The notes under the pieces are model-generated. The model searched no databases, was not told the origin of the DNA, and worked only from the letters and a program-made list of their open reading frames with translations. A DNA stretch of 63,846 nucleotides, counting the filler, from Octopus bimaculoides (taxonomy: Eukaryota): NCBI RefSeq assembly GCF_001194135.2. It is 6 parts of 6 records of this genome, joined end to end, with 100 filler letters (N's around TTAATTAATTAA, not from the genome) between each part and the next. Parts side by side here need not be neighbours in the genome. Positions count along the whole stretch, not along the records: positions 9,039 to 37,903 come from NC_068996.1; positions 38,004 to 48,311 come from NC_068981.1; 4 more parts are not named here. One strand, 5' to 3'. The translations under genes and the position numbers were made by a program. Positions 28,971-40,868 of this stretch are shown piece by piece (position 1 is the first letter of the stretch; every line of letters starts with the position of its first letter).

Positions 28971-29162
28971 ATGTTTCCAAAGAAATCACGCAAATACTGC
29001 TGTATATGCAGCCACTATAGAGGGAAGAATGTAGACGGCAAAGTTATTTCACTACATAGATATCCTGCAAACGTAGCTATTCGTCGTATTTGGCTTCAGA
29101 GATCGAGACTTGTGAGGAAAGACTTTGTTTACACTGCAAATAGCCAAATGTGTTCCCAGCAT
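28971..29162 (+). CDS. THAP (C2CH) DNA-binding domain, N-terminus of a probable transposase; runs into the gap
   Basis: M...YCCICSHY...SLHRYP...IRRIW...QMCSQH carries the THAP Cys/Cys, Pro, Trp and C-x2-H signature. Confidence 0.85.
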
Positions 29163-29924
29163 NNNNNNNNNNNNNNNNNNNNNNNNNNNNNNNNNNNNNN
29201 NNNNNNNNNNNNNNNNNNNNNNNNNNNNNNNNNNNNNNNNNNNNNNNNNNNNNNNNNNNNNNNNNNNNNNNNNNNNNNNNNNNNNNNNNNNNNNNNNNNN
29301 NNNNNNNNNNNNNNNNNNNNNNNNNNNNNNNNNNNNNNNNNNNNNNNNNNNNNNNNNNNNNNNNNNNNNNNNNNNNNNNNNNNNNNNNNNNNNNNNNNNN
29401 NNNNNNNNNNNNNNNNNNNNNNNNNNNNNNNNNNNNNNNNNNNNNNNNNNNNNNNNNNNNNNNNNNNNNNNNNNNNNNNNNNNNNNNNNNNNNNNNNNNN
29501 NNNNNNNNNNNNNNNNNNNNNNNNNNNNNNNNNNNNNNNNNNNNNNNNNNNNNNNNNNNNNNNNNNNNNNNNNNNNNNNNNNNNNNNNNNNNNNNNNNNN
29601 NNNNNNNNNNNNNNNNNNNNNNNNNNNNNNNNNNNNNNNNNNNNNNNNNNNNNNNNNNNNNNNNNNNNNNNNNNNNNNNNNNNNNNNNNNNNNNNNNNNN
29701 NNNNNNNNNNNNNNNNNNNNNNNNNNNNNNNNNNNNNNNNNNNNNNNNNNNNNNNNNNNNNNNNNNNNNNNNNNNNNNNNNNNNNTACAGCATTGAATCT
29801 AATATTCCTCTAATTATTAGACTTTATAGTGTGACTGTCTCTACCTCTTCTACACCTCATCATGCTCATGGCCAAATCAGTGAATGGTTGTTGAAAGCTA
29901 TGCCCACGTAAAACCGTATTTAAC

Positions 29925-30128
29925 TTATTTGCAGAATACTTCAGACTTATCGTCCGATGAATTTACTTTGTTGACGTTCTTCATCCACAGAATTTTTATA
30001 CCTTTCAACCTTTCAATTAAGTCCGCCTTTCTTCCAATAACATACTGTCCATATAATCTTAAATATTTCTTTAACTCAGGCACAGTAAGTATTTCGATAG
30101 CTGAATCACTGAGCTGCTTTATATCCAT
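29925..30128 (-). pseudogene. SAP-domain ORF (second gene of the transposon), premature stop
   Basis: LTVPELKKYLRLYGQYVIGRKADLIERL fits the SAP consensus LTVxELKxxLxxxGLxxxGxKAELIxRL. In-frame stops follow. Confidence 0.75.
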
Positions 30129-30611
30129 GATAAGACGTAAAACAATAACAATGGCGTGGGTAGTCTGCGGAAGTTGAATTGTCTACATGGAGCGCCGCCT
30201 AGCCAAGGGAGATAACCTACTGATAGGAAAGCCCTATAGAACTACATTGTCTTATATGCTTTTGTTTTATCTTCTATCTTTTACTTATTTCAATCATTAG
30301 ACTGCGGCCATGCTGGGGCACTGCCTTGAAGAATCTTTAATCGAATGAATCGACCTTAGTACTATTTTTTCTTTCTCTCTCTCTCTTTTTTATTTTTATT
30401 TTTTGTAAGCCTGATACTTATTCTATTGGGTGCTATTGGCAAACAGCTAGATTACGGGGACGTAAACAAACCATCACCCGTTGTCAAACGGTAGTAGGGT
30501 ACAAACACAGATGTACACACACACACGCACACGCATACATGTATACATACATACATACGAACATACGCACACACACACACAAATCTATCTATCTATATAT
30601 GTGTGTGTGTG

Positions 30612-30643
<32 letters not shown>

Positions 30644-30685
30644 TAGATAGAGATAGATAGATAGATAGATAGATAGGTAGATAGG

Positions 30686-30732
<47 letters not shown>

Positions 30733-30733
30733 G

Positions 30734-30815
<82 letters not shown>

Positions 30816-32021
30816 GATAGATACGATGGGCTTCGTTCAATTTCTGTCAGCCAAATTCTCTCACAAGGCTTTGGTGAGCTTGGGGTTACAGAAGACACTT
30901 GCTCAAGGTGCCACGCAGTGATATTGTTGTTTACTTTTTTTTTAAGAAGGTAGGGAATGGATTTGAGTAAATATGACTCTTATGTGTAGCAGGTCGAGCG
31001 ACCATGTAAAAGGCTCTCACGTGTGTGGAGAACCAATTAGATTCACTGAAAAATTTAATTTTTTTATAACATGATCTCAGTGCTTTAAAGAATTTGATAA
31101 CAGTCATGTTGCTATGTACTTCTGCAGGGAATGCATTAATTCCTGCAAAGAAGACACACCCTTCAGTATTTTTCTTACATCAAGGCTAAAAGGATCCCAC
31201 GCTTTGGCAGCATGCAGTCAGCATCTGCAAGCATTCGCCAGCAAAATTCAAACACGTGTTTTATATTTTAATACATATTTTTTCCCCAGTAAATCATTAG
31301 CTTTTTTTTTACTCTAAAATGCTGAGTCTATTCTAAATCTCGTTTTTTTTTTTGTTTTTTTGTTCTTTTGTTTTTCATGGTCATAATTTTCATTGAAGAA
31401 TCCTACGTCGAAGACATCTGAACTCTAGCATTCTAAAAAGGAATGTTTCGAAATTGATATGAGAGATTTGTATTCCTCACTTGCCTCTTAAAACATTAAA
31501 ACATACAAAATGGGATTTTATCAGCTCATATTATGAAAACAGCTTTCAAAACTATGTTGTCATATATTGATATGGTCGGTGCTGGGAGGTAAGAAAAAAG
31601 TGGAGATGATGTTACTCAGGTTACCTTACAGCTGCACCCCGTCTGCACAGTTCAGCTGAGAATTAAAACCATGTAGATGCTGAGACCAAAGTCAATTTGA
31701 AAAACAAGAAATGTTTAAAAAAAAAAAAAGGAGAGAGAATATGCAATTAAGGGTACAAACTAATATGTTTCATCTAAAAATGTATTCCATACAAATTTTA
31801 AGATATTGAACAGAAGTTTGTATCAATATGTTTGAAAACGTTACAAAATATTTAAAACTAGGCATTGAGCTGATTGGCGTTTAAATCAGTATAATCGATA
31901 TATATATATATATGATCAAGGGAAAGATAGAGTTAAACAGAAATGGTTTTAGGGTACAGCACTTTAACTGAGAGCTTTCAAATCTTTTCACATTGAAGAC
32001 ACACTATTAAAAATAAAATAA

Positions 32022-32097
<76 letters not shown>

Positions 32098-32099
32098 TT

Positions 32100-32394
32100 C
32101 GATCCTACACGCCTATTTCACAGCAGTGCTCTACCTAAAAAACGAAAACGCAACAACACATACATATAAAATATACATAACAAAAACACCAGGACTTACA
32201 AATATATATAACATACAGAAAATTGCACTACTGGGTACTGCACACATTCTACGCAAAACACTTTCAATACAGTAAACATAAGAGCACCACAGCAAACTAC
32301 AGCACATACCCAAGGCGCACAGAGCTGCGCTCGGTAGTGAAGTGAAAGCACGTTATAAAAATAAAACTACTGAACAATAATAATAATAATAATA
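32100..32394 (+). mobile_element. 5'-truncated 3' end of an R4/Dong-like LINE inserted in (TAA)n
   Basis: Encodes IQKIALLGTAHILRKTLSIQ* then a conserved 3' UTR. (AAT)n on both sides. Near-identical copies at 48412-48538, 48555-48720 and 50145-50350. Confidence 0.8.
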
Positions 32395-32672
32395 ACACAG
32401 AAATTTGTGCTGCACTAAGTTTAGTTAGCAATTAAATATATCACACGTCGACAGTCACGTGATCTGATGATGTCAACTCTCGAATGTAATTTCATAACCA
32501 AATATTTGTGAAAATTAATTAGATTTAATTTAATTCAGCGACAAACAGTGAGATTATCTGCGTGATGTCGTAACGCATGTTGGAAACTGTTCCGACTGTT
32601 CCAAACTGTTTGGAACAGAATCAAAGATTTTCTGGAAGGATTCTTTTAAAAGAGTAGCTGCATTGTTTAAAT

Positions 32673-32933
32673 CAATGCTTCTCAATTGGGGTCAACATGG
32701 CCCTTGGAGATCCATAGAAGATTTTGTTGTTTAAATTTATGTCCAATAAACTGATTATATTACTGCAATATATAAAATATCTTTATTTTTTTTTATACAC
32801 TTCCTAATAATATTTAATTATAAATATATAATGGGGCTTTTTTTTAAATGTCGGATGACTAGGAGGATACATACAAGTAAAATAGGATTCAAAGAGGCAC
32901 ATAGGCAAAAAAAAAAATGGTTGAGAAACAGTG
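32673..32933. mobile_element. hAT-type MITE
   Basis: TIRs CAATGCTTCTCAA / TTGAGAAACAGTG. Perfect 8-bp TSD GTTTAAAT at 32665-32672 and 32934-32941. Confidence 0.85.
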
Positions 32934-33433
32934 GTTTAAATGGTCAACAACATTTTCATTTTATTTGGCAGAATCATAAGAGCAAACATATTTTGCAGTA
33001 TTTCTTTCAGTTCATTGTACATTCTTAATTCAAATTCCGCTTAGTTAGCTTTGCCTTGCATCCATTCGGAATCGATAAAGTAAAATAATCACTGCAGTAC
33101 CAAGGTTGGCGCAATCGACTACATACCTCTCTTCAAAATTGTTGACCTGTTGTCTCAATTAAAAACCCACCATTCTAATCTGGCAAGGACTGGAGGGACA
33201 TGTCCGTTGATCTCTACGGCTTTCCTGGGCCTTCACGAGCCGGTGAGATTAGTGCTGATAATATCAGGTCTGAACATCTATAAAGCTGTGTTGGAGGAAG
33301 AACTCGCACTTGAAGAGAAACAGTGGTCTTATTCGAATGTTGGTAACAAGCAGAACTGAATTACAACATTGGATGTAAACTCCCACCGCTGCTCCTCAGC
33401 CATTGCTTTCACCTCTCCACATATACGGCTGCA

Positions 33434-34260
33434 CTGCTGCTACCGCCGCTGCTGCTACCGCCGCTGCTGCTACCGCCGCTGCTGCTACCGCCGCTGCTGC
33501 TACCGCCGCTGCTGCTACCGCTNNNNNNNNNNNNNNNNNNNNNNNNNNNNNNNNNNNNNNNNNNNNNNNNNNNNNNNNNNNNNNNNNNNNNNNNNNNNNN
33601 NNNNNNNNNNNNNNNNNNNNNNNNNNNNNNNNNNNNNNNNNNNNNNNNNNNNNNNNNNNNNNNNNNNNNNNNNNNNNNNNNNNNNNNNNNNNNNNNNNNN
33701 NNNNNNNNNNNNNNNNNNNNNNNNNNNNNNNNNNNNNNNNNNNNNNNNNNNNNNNNNNNNNNNNNNNNNNNNNNNNNNNNNNNNNNNNNNNNNNNNNNNN
33801 NNNNNNNNNNNNNNNNNNNNNNNNNNNNNNNNNNNNNNNNNNNNNNNNNNNNNNNNNNNNNNNNNNNNNNNNNNNNNNNNNNNCGCCGCTGCTCCTGCTG
33901 CTACGGCCACTGCTACCGCCGCTGCTCCTGCTGCTACGGCCATTGCTGCCGCCGCTTCTCCGGCTGCTGCCGCCATTACTGCTACCGACTCTGCTGCAAT
34001 CGCTGCTGATACCACTGCTGCTCTCGCTGCTGCCATCATTGCTATCACCGCTGCCTGTACCTCTGCTGCCGCTGCCTGTACCTCTGCTGCTGTTACCGCT
34101 GCTGCCACTGTTGTTGCCAGCGTTATTGTCCCGCTGTTGCCGCTTCCGTAGCTGCCGTCACCGCTGCAACTGCCACCGCTGCTGCTTCTGTCACTGCTGC
34201 TACCGCCGCTACTGCTTCCACCTCTGCTGCTTTCTTCACTGCTGCTTCCACCACTAGCAT
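33434..34260. repeat. GC-rich GCTGCTACCGCCGCT (15-mer) minisatellite decaying into (GCT/GCC)-rich repeat; spans an N gap
   Basis: Perfect 15-bp units at 33434-33522, degenerate units after the gap. Confidence 0.9.
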
Positions 34261-34713
34261 TACCTCCGCTGTTGGTATCTCCATTACCCTAAGTCCCAAT
34301 CAGGCCTATGACTAGAAACGTTCCAGTTATAGTCATCCCGTCTTATATCCATGATTATGTTGTTTAATGTACACTTGCGTTTTTAGGACGATGTGGCATA
34401 TATTTCCTGGAGATATACCTATTATTTTAAACAGTGTAAGTGACTAAGTAGAGGCGTATTCGTAGGCTCAATGCCTTGGTATTGTTATTGTTGTTGTCGC
34501 TGCTGTTAGTCTCTCTGCCAGTCCCGACCGAGTAAGCCCCGTGATCGAATTCTCATTATCCGTGACCATCCCGCCAATTTTGTGCTAAAGCAAGATTACG
34601 TCGTCCAATGTCTTCTTTCTTTGTTTAATACGGTAGGATATGATTTTAGTTGATCAGGCTGCTATTTCCAGGAGGTCCATCGACCACGTAAGAGGCCGCC
34701 TTTATGTCTCGAG

Positions 34714-34787
<74 letters not shown>

Positions 34788-35029
34788 AATGATGATGTTT
34801 CTTGGAAAGCTGGGCGCATATTAAGATCGGAGCAAAAGTTCAGTGAAGAAGAAGATAAGGAATATTATTCACTTATTAAAAACTTGACATAATTTGTCCA
34901 CAGTTAATTAGTTTGATTAATTACTGACTGCATTAAATACGTCAACAACATGTTGAATATACAGCGTGATGGTGTCGAGCTACTGAATCTCAGTAAAGAC
35001 CCTCTTTGGTCATGAATGACCATGGGATT

Positions 35030-35300
35030 GCACCTAGAAAGTTCCTCTCCCAGGCAAGGTTGTTTATGGAAGGCCAGCAGTCACCCATGCATACCGGCCT
35101 CCCTTCTCCATGCCACTGATATCCAAAGGAGGGGAAAAGACCGATACAGCTTAGCACCGGTGACGTCGCAACTCATTTTTCTGAATGAACTGGAGCTACA
35201 GAACACAATACACACCCAGGTCCGCGAATCGAACTCACTATTTCATGATTGTGAGCCCCGATGCTCTAGCCACCGAGCTATGCACTTTCACAAAGCTCAG
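35030..35300 (-). mobile_element. Degenerate tRNA-derived SINE (family C)
   Basis: Minus-strand head GTGAAAGTGCATAGCTCGGTGGCTAGAGCATC...GAGTTCGATTCGCGG has A-box and B-box-like motifs. Confidence 0.6.
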
Positions 35301-36554
35301 TAATAGCGAACCAAAGGCGTTTGATTGAACGACAATGAAACACGAGACCTGTAAATCGTTGTGGTGTAATTCATTCGACCGCTTGTTGTCCAGAACCCCC
35401 GGAACACACACACTTACGTGCGCGTGCATATACGCGTATGCATATATACATGCATGCATATTCACGTGCAACCGAAGTAGAGAGGCCATGTCATTGATGA
35501 TGCTGTGAATGGCGACGACAAATCTATTTGATTGGTTGATTGATCGACCGAACGATTAATCAAAAAATAGATTAAGTAATAGTTTAGATTGTTAACCAAT
35601 TGATAAACAAAAACAAAAACGAAGAAGAAATTGAATAAAAACAGAAGATAGATTCACGATCAGATGTTCTTCTCGACCATATTTAGCTTAGGGTGATAAA
35701 TCTTTTAAAACGTAGTCATAAGATGTACACTTGCGAGACAAATGATTTGCTCTGAGACGGGCTTTGAAACTAAAACATTTACAAACAGTGGAAGACAGAT
35801 TGTAGCCATTCAAAAAACACACAGTGACTTTTAACTTGTAGGGGAACTGTATCAGTGACTAGGTCACAGTTGGCCCGACGAAAATCTTGACACCAAATAA
35901 ACAAACGTTTAAGTGAAGTTAACAGTCTTTTTGTTTGGTCTTCCACGCTGTAATTGTTAGTCATAAGAGAATATTGGGAATGAAACCAGAGGCAAAATGA
36001 AGAACTAAGCAACTAAGAGAGAAGAGTAATAAGAGTGAAAAGAAGAGAGGAAAGAGAAGAGAAGAAGTGCGGGGTGTGGGGATCTAAATATAACAGTTCT
36101 TAATGTTGTTGTCAGTTGTTTAATCTCTGAGCGAATAAGACTATTATCAAAAGATTTCCGGTTGTGACCATCCCGACTTTATTTTGCTGGATTGCACTAT
36201 CTAATGTGTCCTTCCGTTTTTAGACAGTAGCATATGATCTGAGGGACACTTGGGTGGTGTTTTCAAGTAGGTCAACCTCTTTCGATTGTTCGTATTGCCG
36301 TCAACTTGTTAGCGATGCGTAGAAACTTCGTGGTGCATCGGGACGATCAGGTTGCCATGACCTCGTGTAATCCTGTTGCGCAACAGATGTGCATTTGTCA
36401 CTGAAGAATTAAGGTCATTGACAGCTGTACTACAACAGGCAGCAGCAGCAGCAACAATAACAGCAACAGCAGCATTAACAGCAGCAGCTGTAGATAAATT
36501 TTCTCGTTTCAAACGGAAGTAGGAGGAGAAAAAGATATTGCATAAATAACAACA

Positions 36555-37224
36555 TCATGTATTTAGTAATTGATATGTCCTGGCCAGGCATCAGCTTTTT
36601 CAAACTTCCCTTACTGAAGGATCTCCAAGAATTAGATACACTTCGAGAATGAAGAAAGAAACTGATTGACATGGATCCACTTTGCTAGTGGTGAATCCGT
36701 TCATGATTCTGCTGACTGGGTAATATGGAAATGTTTATCTACCTCTGACCAAGGCAACATGTATTCGTTAAGTTAGTCAGAGCGAGAAGAAAAAGAGTAG
36801 GGTCCATAGCATAAAACTCCTCCACACATACACACACACACACACCAGACCAGTGAAATAGATGCGGCTGATGTTCAGTTTAACATGAGTGGGGCTTGGT
36901 ATCTGGAAAAAAGAAGTGGGAGAGAAGGTGAGGTAGGGAGTTGGGAGAGAGAGTGGGTTAGGGATGGTATGTGAAGGAGGAACGGTTTTGCAGAAGGATT
37001 GGACACAAAGCTTACAAGAGGATCTGGGGCGTAAAACGGGATGAGGAGAGGAATAGGTCACATGGGCAAGGGTGGGTAAATCACATCAACCCATCCATGC
37101 CTACCGGGTTCTGATGTTTCTTTTTTGGGGTCTGATTTCGATCTCTCTTTTCCTTTTGTAAAGTCTATGTCCAATCCTTCATCCCAGAACTGTTCCTTCT
37201 TTATACACTCTCCCCAACCACACA

Positions 37225-37290
<66 letters not shown>

Positions 37291-37294
37291 CGCA

Positions 37295-37354
<60 letters not shown>

Positions 37355-37702
37355 CTCTCCCTTCCTTTCTCCACACACCGACTCCCACTCATGTTAAACT
37401 GAACATCAACCGCATCTATCCCACTCGTCGGGTGAGGGGGGAATAAATAGAAATACCCTACCCCTCCTCCTCGCTCAAACTAATTTAACGAATACATGTT
37501 GCCTTGGAGAGAAGTAGGGAAACATTTCCATATTATCCTGTCAACAGACTCATGGACGGATCCATCACCAGCAAGGTGGATCCATGTCAATTAGGTTCTA
37601 TCTTCATTCTTGAATTGTAACCTATTCTTGAAGATCCTTCAAAAGAGGAAGTTTGAAACAAGTTGATGCCTGGCCAGGACATATCAGTTATCAAATACAT
37701 GA
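36555..37702. repeat. Long diverged inverted repeat pair (arms 36555-36893 and 37384-37702)
   Basis: For example GATATGTCCTGGCCAGGCATCA / TGATGCCTGGCCAGGACATATC, TGACATGGATCCAC / GTGGATCCATGTCA, CCAAGGCAACATGTATTCGTTAA / TTAACGAATACATGTTGCCTTGG, GATGTTCAGTTTAACATGAGTGGG / CCCACTCATGTTAAACTGAACATC. Confidence 0.9.
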
Positions 37703-37847
37703 ACTGAAGTTCTTATTCCACCGAGGTCGACTTTAACTTCCGCTTTTTCGAAGGTCGATAAAATAAGTACCACTTGCGTACTGGGGTCGATCTAATCGAC
37801 TGGCCTCCTCCCCCAAAATTTCGGGCCCTGTGCCTAGAGTAGAAAAG

Positions 37848-37903
<56 letters not shown>

Positions 37904-38003
37904 NNNNNNNNNNNNNNNNNNNNNNNNNNNNNNNNNNNNNNNNNNNNTTAATTAATTAANNNNNNNNNNNNNNNNNNNNNNNNNNNNNNNNNNNNNNNNN
38001 NNN
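37904..38003. other. Artificial scaffold-joining spacer
   Basis: N44-TTAATTAATTAA-N44. Confidence 0.95.
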
Positions 38004-38143
38004 GGGCATCCAGCTGTAGAAACTCTGCCAAATCAGACTGGAGCCTGGTGTTGCCATCCGGTTTCACCAGTCCTCAGTCAAATCGTCCAACCCATGCTAG
38101 CATGGAAAGCGGACGTTAAACGATGATGATGATGATGATGATG
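38004..38143 (+). mobile_element. RTE-tail-type short element with (GAT)n tail
   Basis: Same tail at 45056-45207, 53171-53339 (-), 55193-55380 (-), 56448-56541, 59028-59210 and 61250-61434. Confidence 0.85.
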
Positions 38144-38509
38144 AAATAAAATTTATCACAAAAGATTTTCTTAAAATCTTCCTGTAAAATTTTGAGTAGG
38201 TCATTATCTGAAATATTTTCGTCTATTTCTTGTTCCAATTGTAAAAAGTTTCAGAAATACTGAGAATTCTGTGAACTATAGAGTTTTACAAAAATAATTG
38301 TTAATTGAAATTTAAAAAATGAGTTTGATCTTCAGTTAGACTAATGTCTTTCCCTTGTAGTTACTACTGTAATTTATTAAATTAAGAATATGTTATAAAT
38401 AAAATGCTTGACTTTTAGACAGCAGCAGTTTATCACCTAATGAAGAATTCATGTCATTCGGTATAACTCCACAATCAAAGTGAAAAGTACAACTAATATT
38501 TATAGATTA

Positions 38510-40868
38510 CTAGCAGAAATACCTGGTGTTGCCCAGGTTAAAGAAAATAATGAAATTTAAAAACGCTGTCTAGGTTACGCATGTCTCAACTGCTAGTAGC
38601 TGAGATACCAACTTTCTACATAACTCTACAACCCATGCCATCATGGAACATAGACATTAAGTGAAATGTGAAAAGAAAGTTTTCAACTCGTATATCTATA
38701 TAAAGTAAATACACGTTTGTCTAACTTATTTTGTACCTAAAAAACAGGTACAGATTATAAACAATGAAAGGCTGTGCGTAGAGTACACACACAAAGAGAC
38801 AGCAAATATATCACGTTATTGTTTCACTTTTATACACATACATGCATATAGATTCATGCATGTCAGTTGAAAAGTGAAAGTGTAATGGTAATACTTTAAC
38901 ACTTAACGGTTTTACACTTCTGTATATAATATGGACCTACTATTCATGTAAGTGCTTCTTCATATACTGTGTTTTCTGTCTTGCCATGTTTATCACTGAG
39001 AATGTAGAGGTTCTTTTCATCTCCAACTCTCGAACATCCAACATACAGTTGACCATGTGAGAAGCAAGGTTGAAGGAGGTTAAGTCCCACCACCTTTAGA
39101 GATTGACCTTGTGCTTTGTTGATAGACATTGCAAAGCTAAGTTTGATAGGAAACTGCAGTCTCTTGAACTGAAAGGAGAGATCATTTGAGATGAGAGGTA
39201 TCCTTGGAATGAATACATTCTCACCTATCATGTTGCCTGTAATTATTGTTGCTTTCAACTCATGGGGCATGACTGTTTTAACAACCAACCTTGTTCGATT
39301 GCAGAGTCTGGGTGCATCAAGGTTTCTTAATAGCATTATGGGAGCACCTGTTTTCATGATCAGAATATGTGGTGATAATCCTGGTGGGTGAAGTGAATTG
39401 CGGAACTCTACTCTGTTGCCTGTTCTTGATCAGGGACAATCAATTGATATGTATGAACATTTAGGTCTTGGAAGCTGAGACAACAAATTTGGATTCATCT
39501 TGTCTATAGCATCATTTCTTGGTACCAGAATTGTTCTTTCACATAGCCACTTGTGACTTTTATAGTTTGTGGCAATGTTTGGAAACGCCTTGGTCTTCAA
39601 GGGAAGCAGTCATATTGCCACACGAGAGGTGGTGCAGACTATCTTCTGGATCTTGTGGAAGTTTCCATTTCCAATGCCAAGTTGTTGGAGAACTGCGTGG
39701 CTAACGGGTCACCATGAATGTGAACCCTCATGTTGGTTGTCAGAGTAAGCTGCTTGACATGTTGCCAGATATATGAGGACGTGATGCGAGCTCTCAGCTC
39801 ATCTGCACTTGTTCCTCTGGGAATGACAGGCAGCTTTTGCCTGAAGTCACCAGCCATGAGGAGGGTGATACCACCCATGATCTTATTGTTGTTGAAGTCT
39901 TGTAGTATTGTATCAAGCACTTTAAAGGTTGCCTTATGGAACATTGTTTCCTCATCCCAGACACTGAGTTTGGCATCTGTAAGGAGCTTTGCTAATGCTG
40001 TATCCTTGGATATGTTGCACAAAGGAGATTCATTTTGGATGAGGTTCAGAGGCAGGTTGAATATTGAATGAGCTGGTCTTCCACCTGTTAGGAGTGTGGC
40101 TGCAATTCCAAAGGATGCAACAGCCAGAACAGTCTTCTTCTGTCTCACTTTGGCAAAGAGCAGGTTGATCAATTATGTCTTTCCTGTGCCTCCAGGAGCA
40201 TCTAAGAAGACCCCCACCAGTGTTATTGTTCACAGATGTAAGAACTTGCCAGTATACCTCCTTTTGATCCTGAACCAGAATTGGTTCTCTTTCATTGAAA
40301 ACTGCATGCAAACTTTCCATGTATGATGTTTCTCTGATTAGCTCTTGTGCTAATCCTTGTTGAACCTCTCTGACAGGAGCTGGAAGACCATAGATTTTAA
40401 GTTTGTTTCCATCCAGTGATTGAACCTTGTCTATTAATCTCAATGCCTCATTGAAGATGTCATCATTGAACATGACATCACCGTCACACTGATATTGAAT
40501 TCTTTGAAGAAGTTGATTTTGGTATGACAATCCACAGTTCACCAGCATGATGGAGAAGAGGTTTTTCGGTTGCATAGGAGACTTGCACATTTGTACCTCT
40601 GTCAGAGTGACATCCCAGTGTGCATCATCATCTAGAAGACCTCTGAGATGGCAAGCCTGGTGATATGTTTGACATACTGTGTTATCAACCATACATAAGG
40701 CTGTAAATGATGTGGGCCCCTTGACATGGTGTAAAAGAAGCCTTAGATATTAGCACTCTGAGTAGTTTTTGAGAACTGTTCCCTACTCAGGGGTCTTTCG
40801 GAACAAGAGGTGGGCATAATGCATGATGTATTTAAAATAATCGTAGCTATGGAACAAAATTGGAGAGA
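38510..40868 (-). mobile_element. Helitron, internally deleted, with pseudogenised Rep/Pif1 helicase C-terminal half
   Basis: 3' terminus on - strand: hairpin ACCTGGGCAACACCAGGT (38521-38538) then ...CTAG|T (38510). Candidate 5' terminus A|TC at 40868 (less certain). Helicase motifs listed under the next feature. Confidence 0.85.
38944..40750 (-). pseudogene. Helitron RepHel (Pif1-family SF1 helicase) remnant split over three frames
   Basis: LRLLLHHVKGPTSF, DAPGGTGKT (motif I), [92 protein letters not shown]. Confidence 0.92.

Larger units (their letters stand above)
28850..30234 (+). mobile_element. TIR DNA transposon with convergent THAP-domain and SAP-domain genes (ISL2EU/PIF-Harbinger-like)
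   Basis: Imperfect 24-bp TIRs (28850-28873 / 30211-30234; 18/24 match) starting GGG and ending CCC, flanked by TATA on both sides (TA or AT TSD). THAP ORF on +, SAP ORF on -. Centre is an N gap. Confidence 0.75.

Noticed and set aside
33369-34257. Poly-Ala or Cys-Arg-rich ORFs in three frames
   Set aside because: Open frames result from a stop-free GC-rich minisatellite. No splice or homology support.
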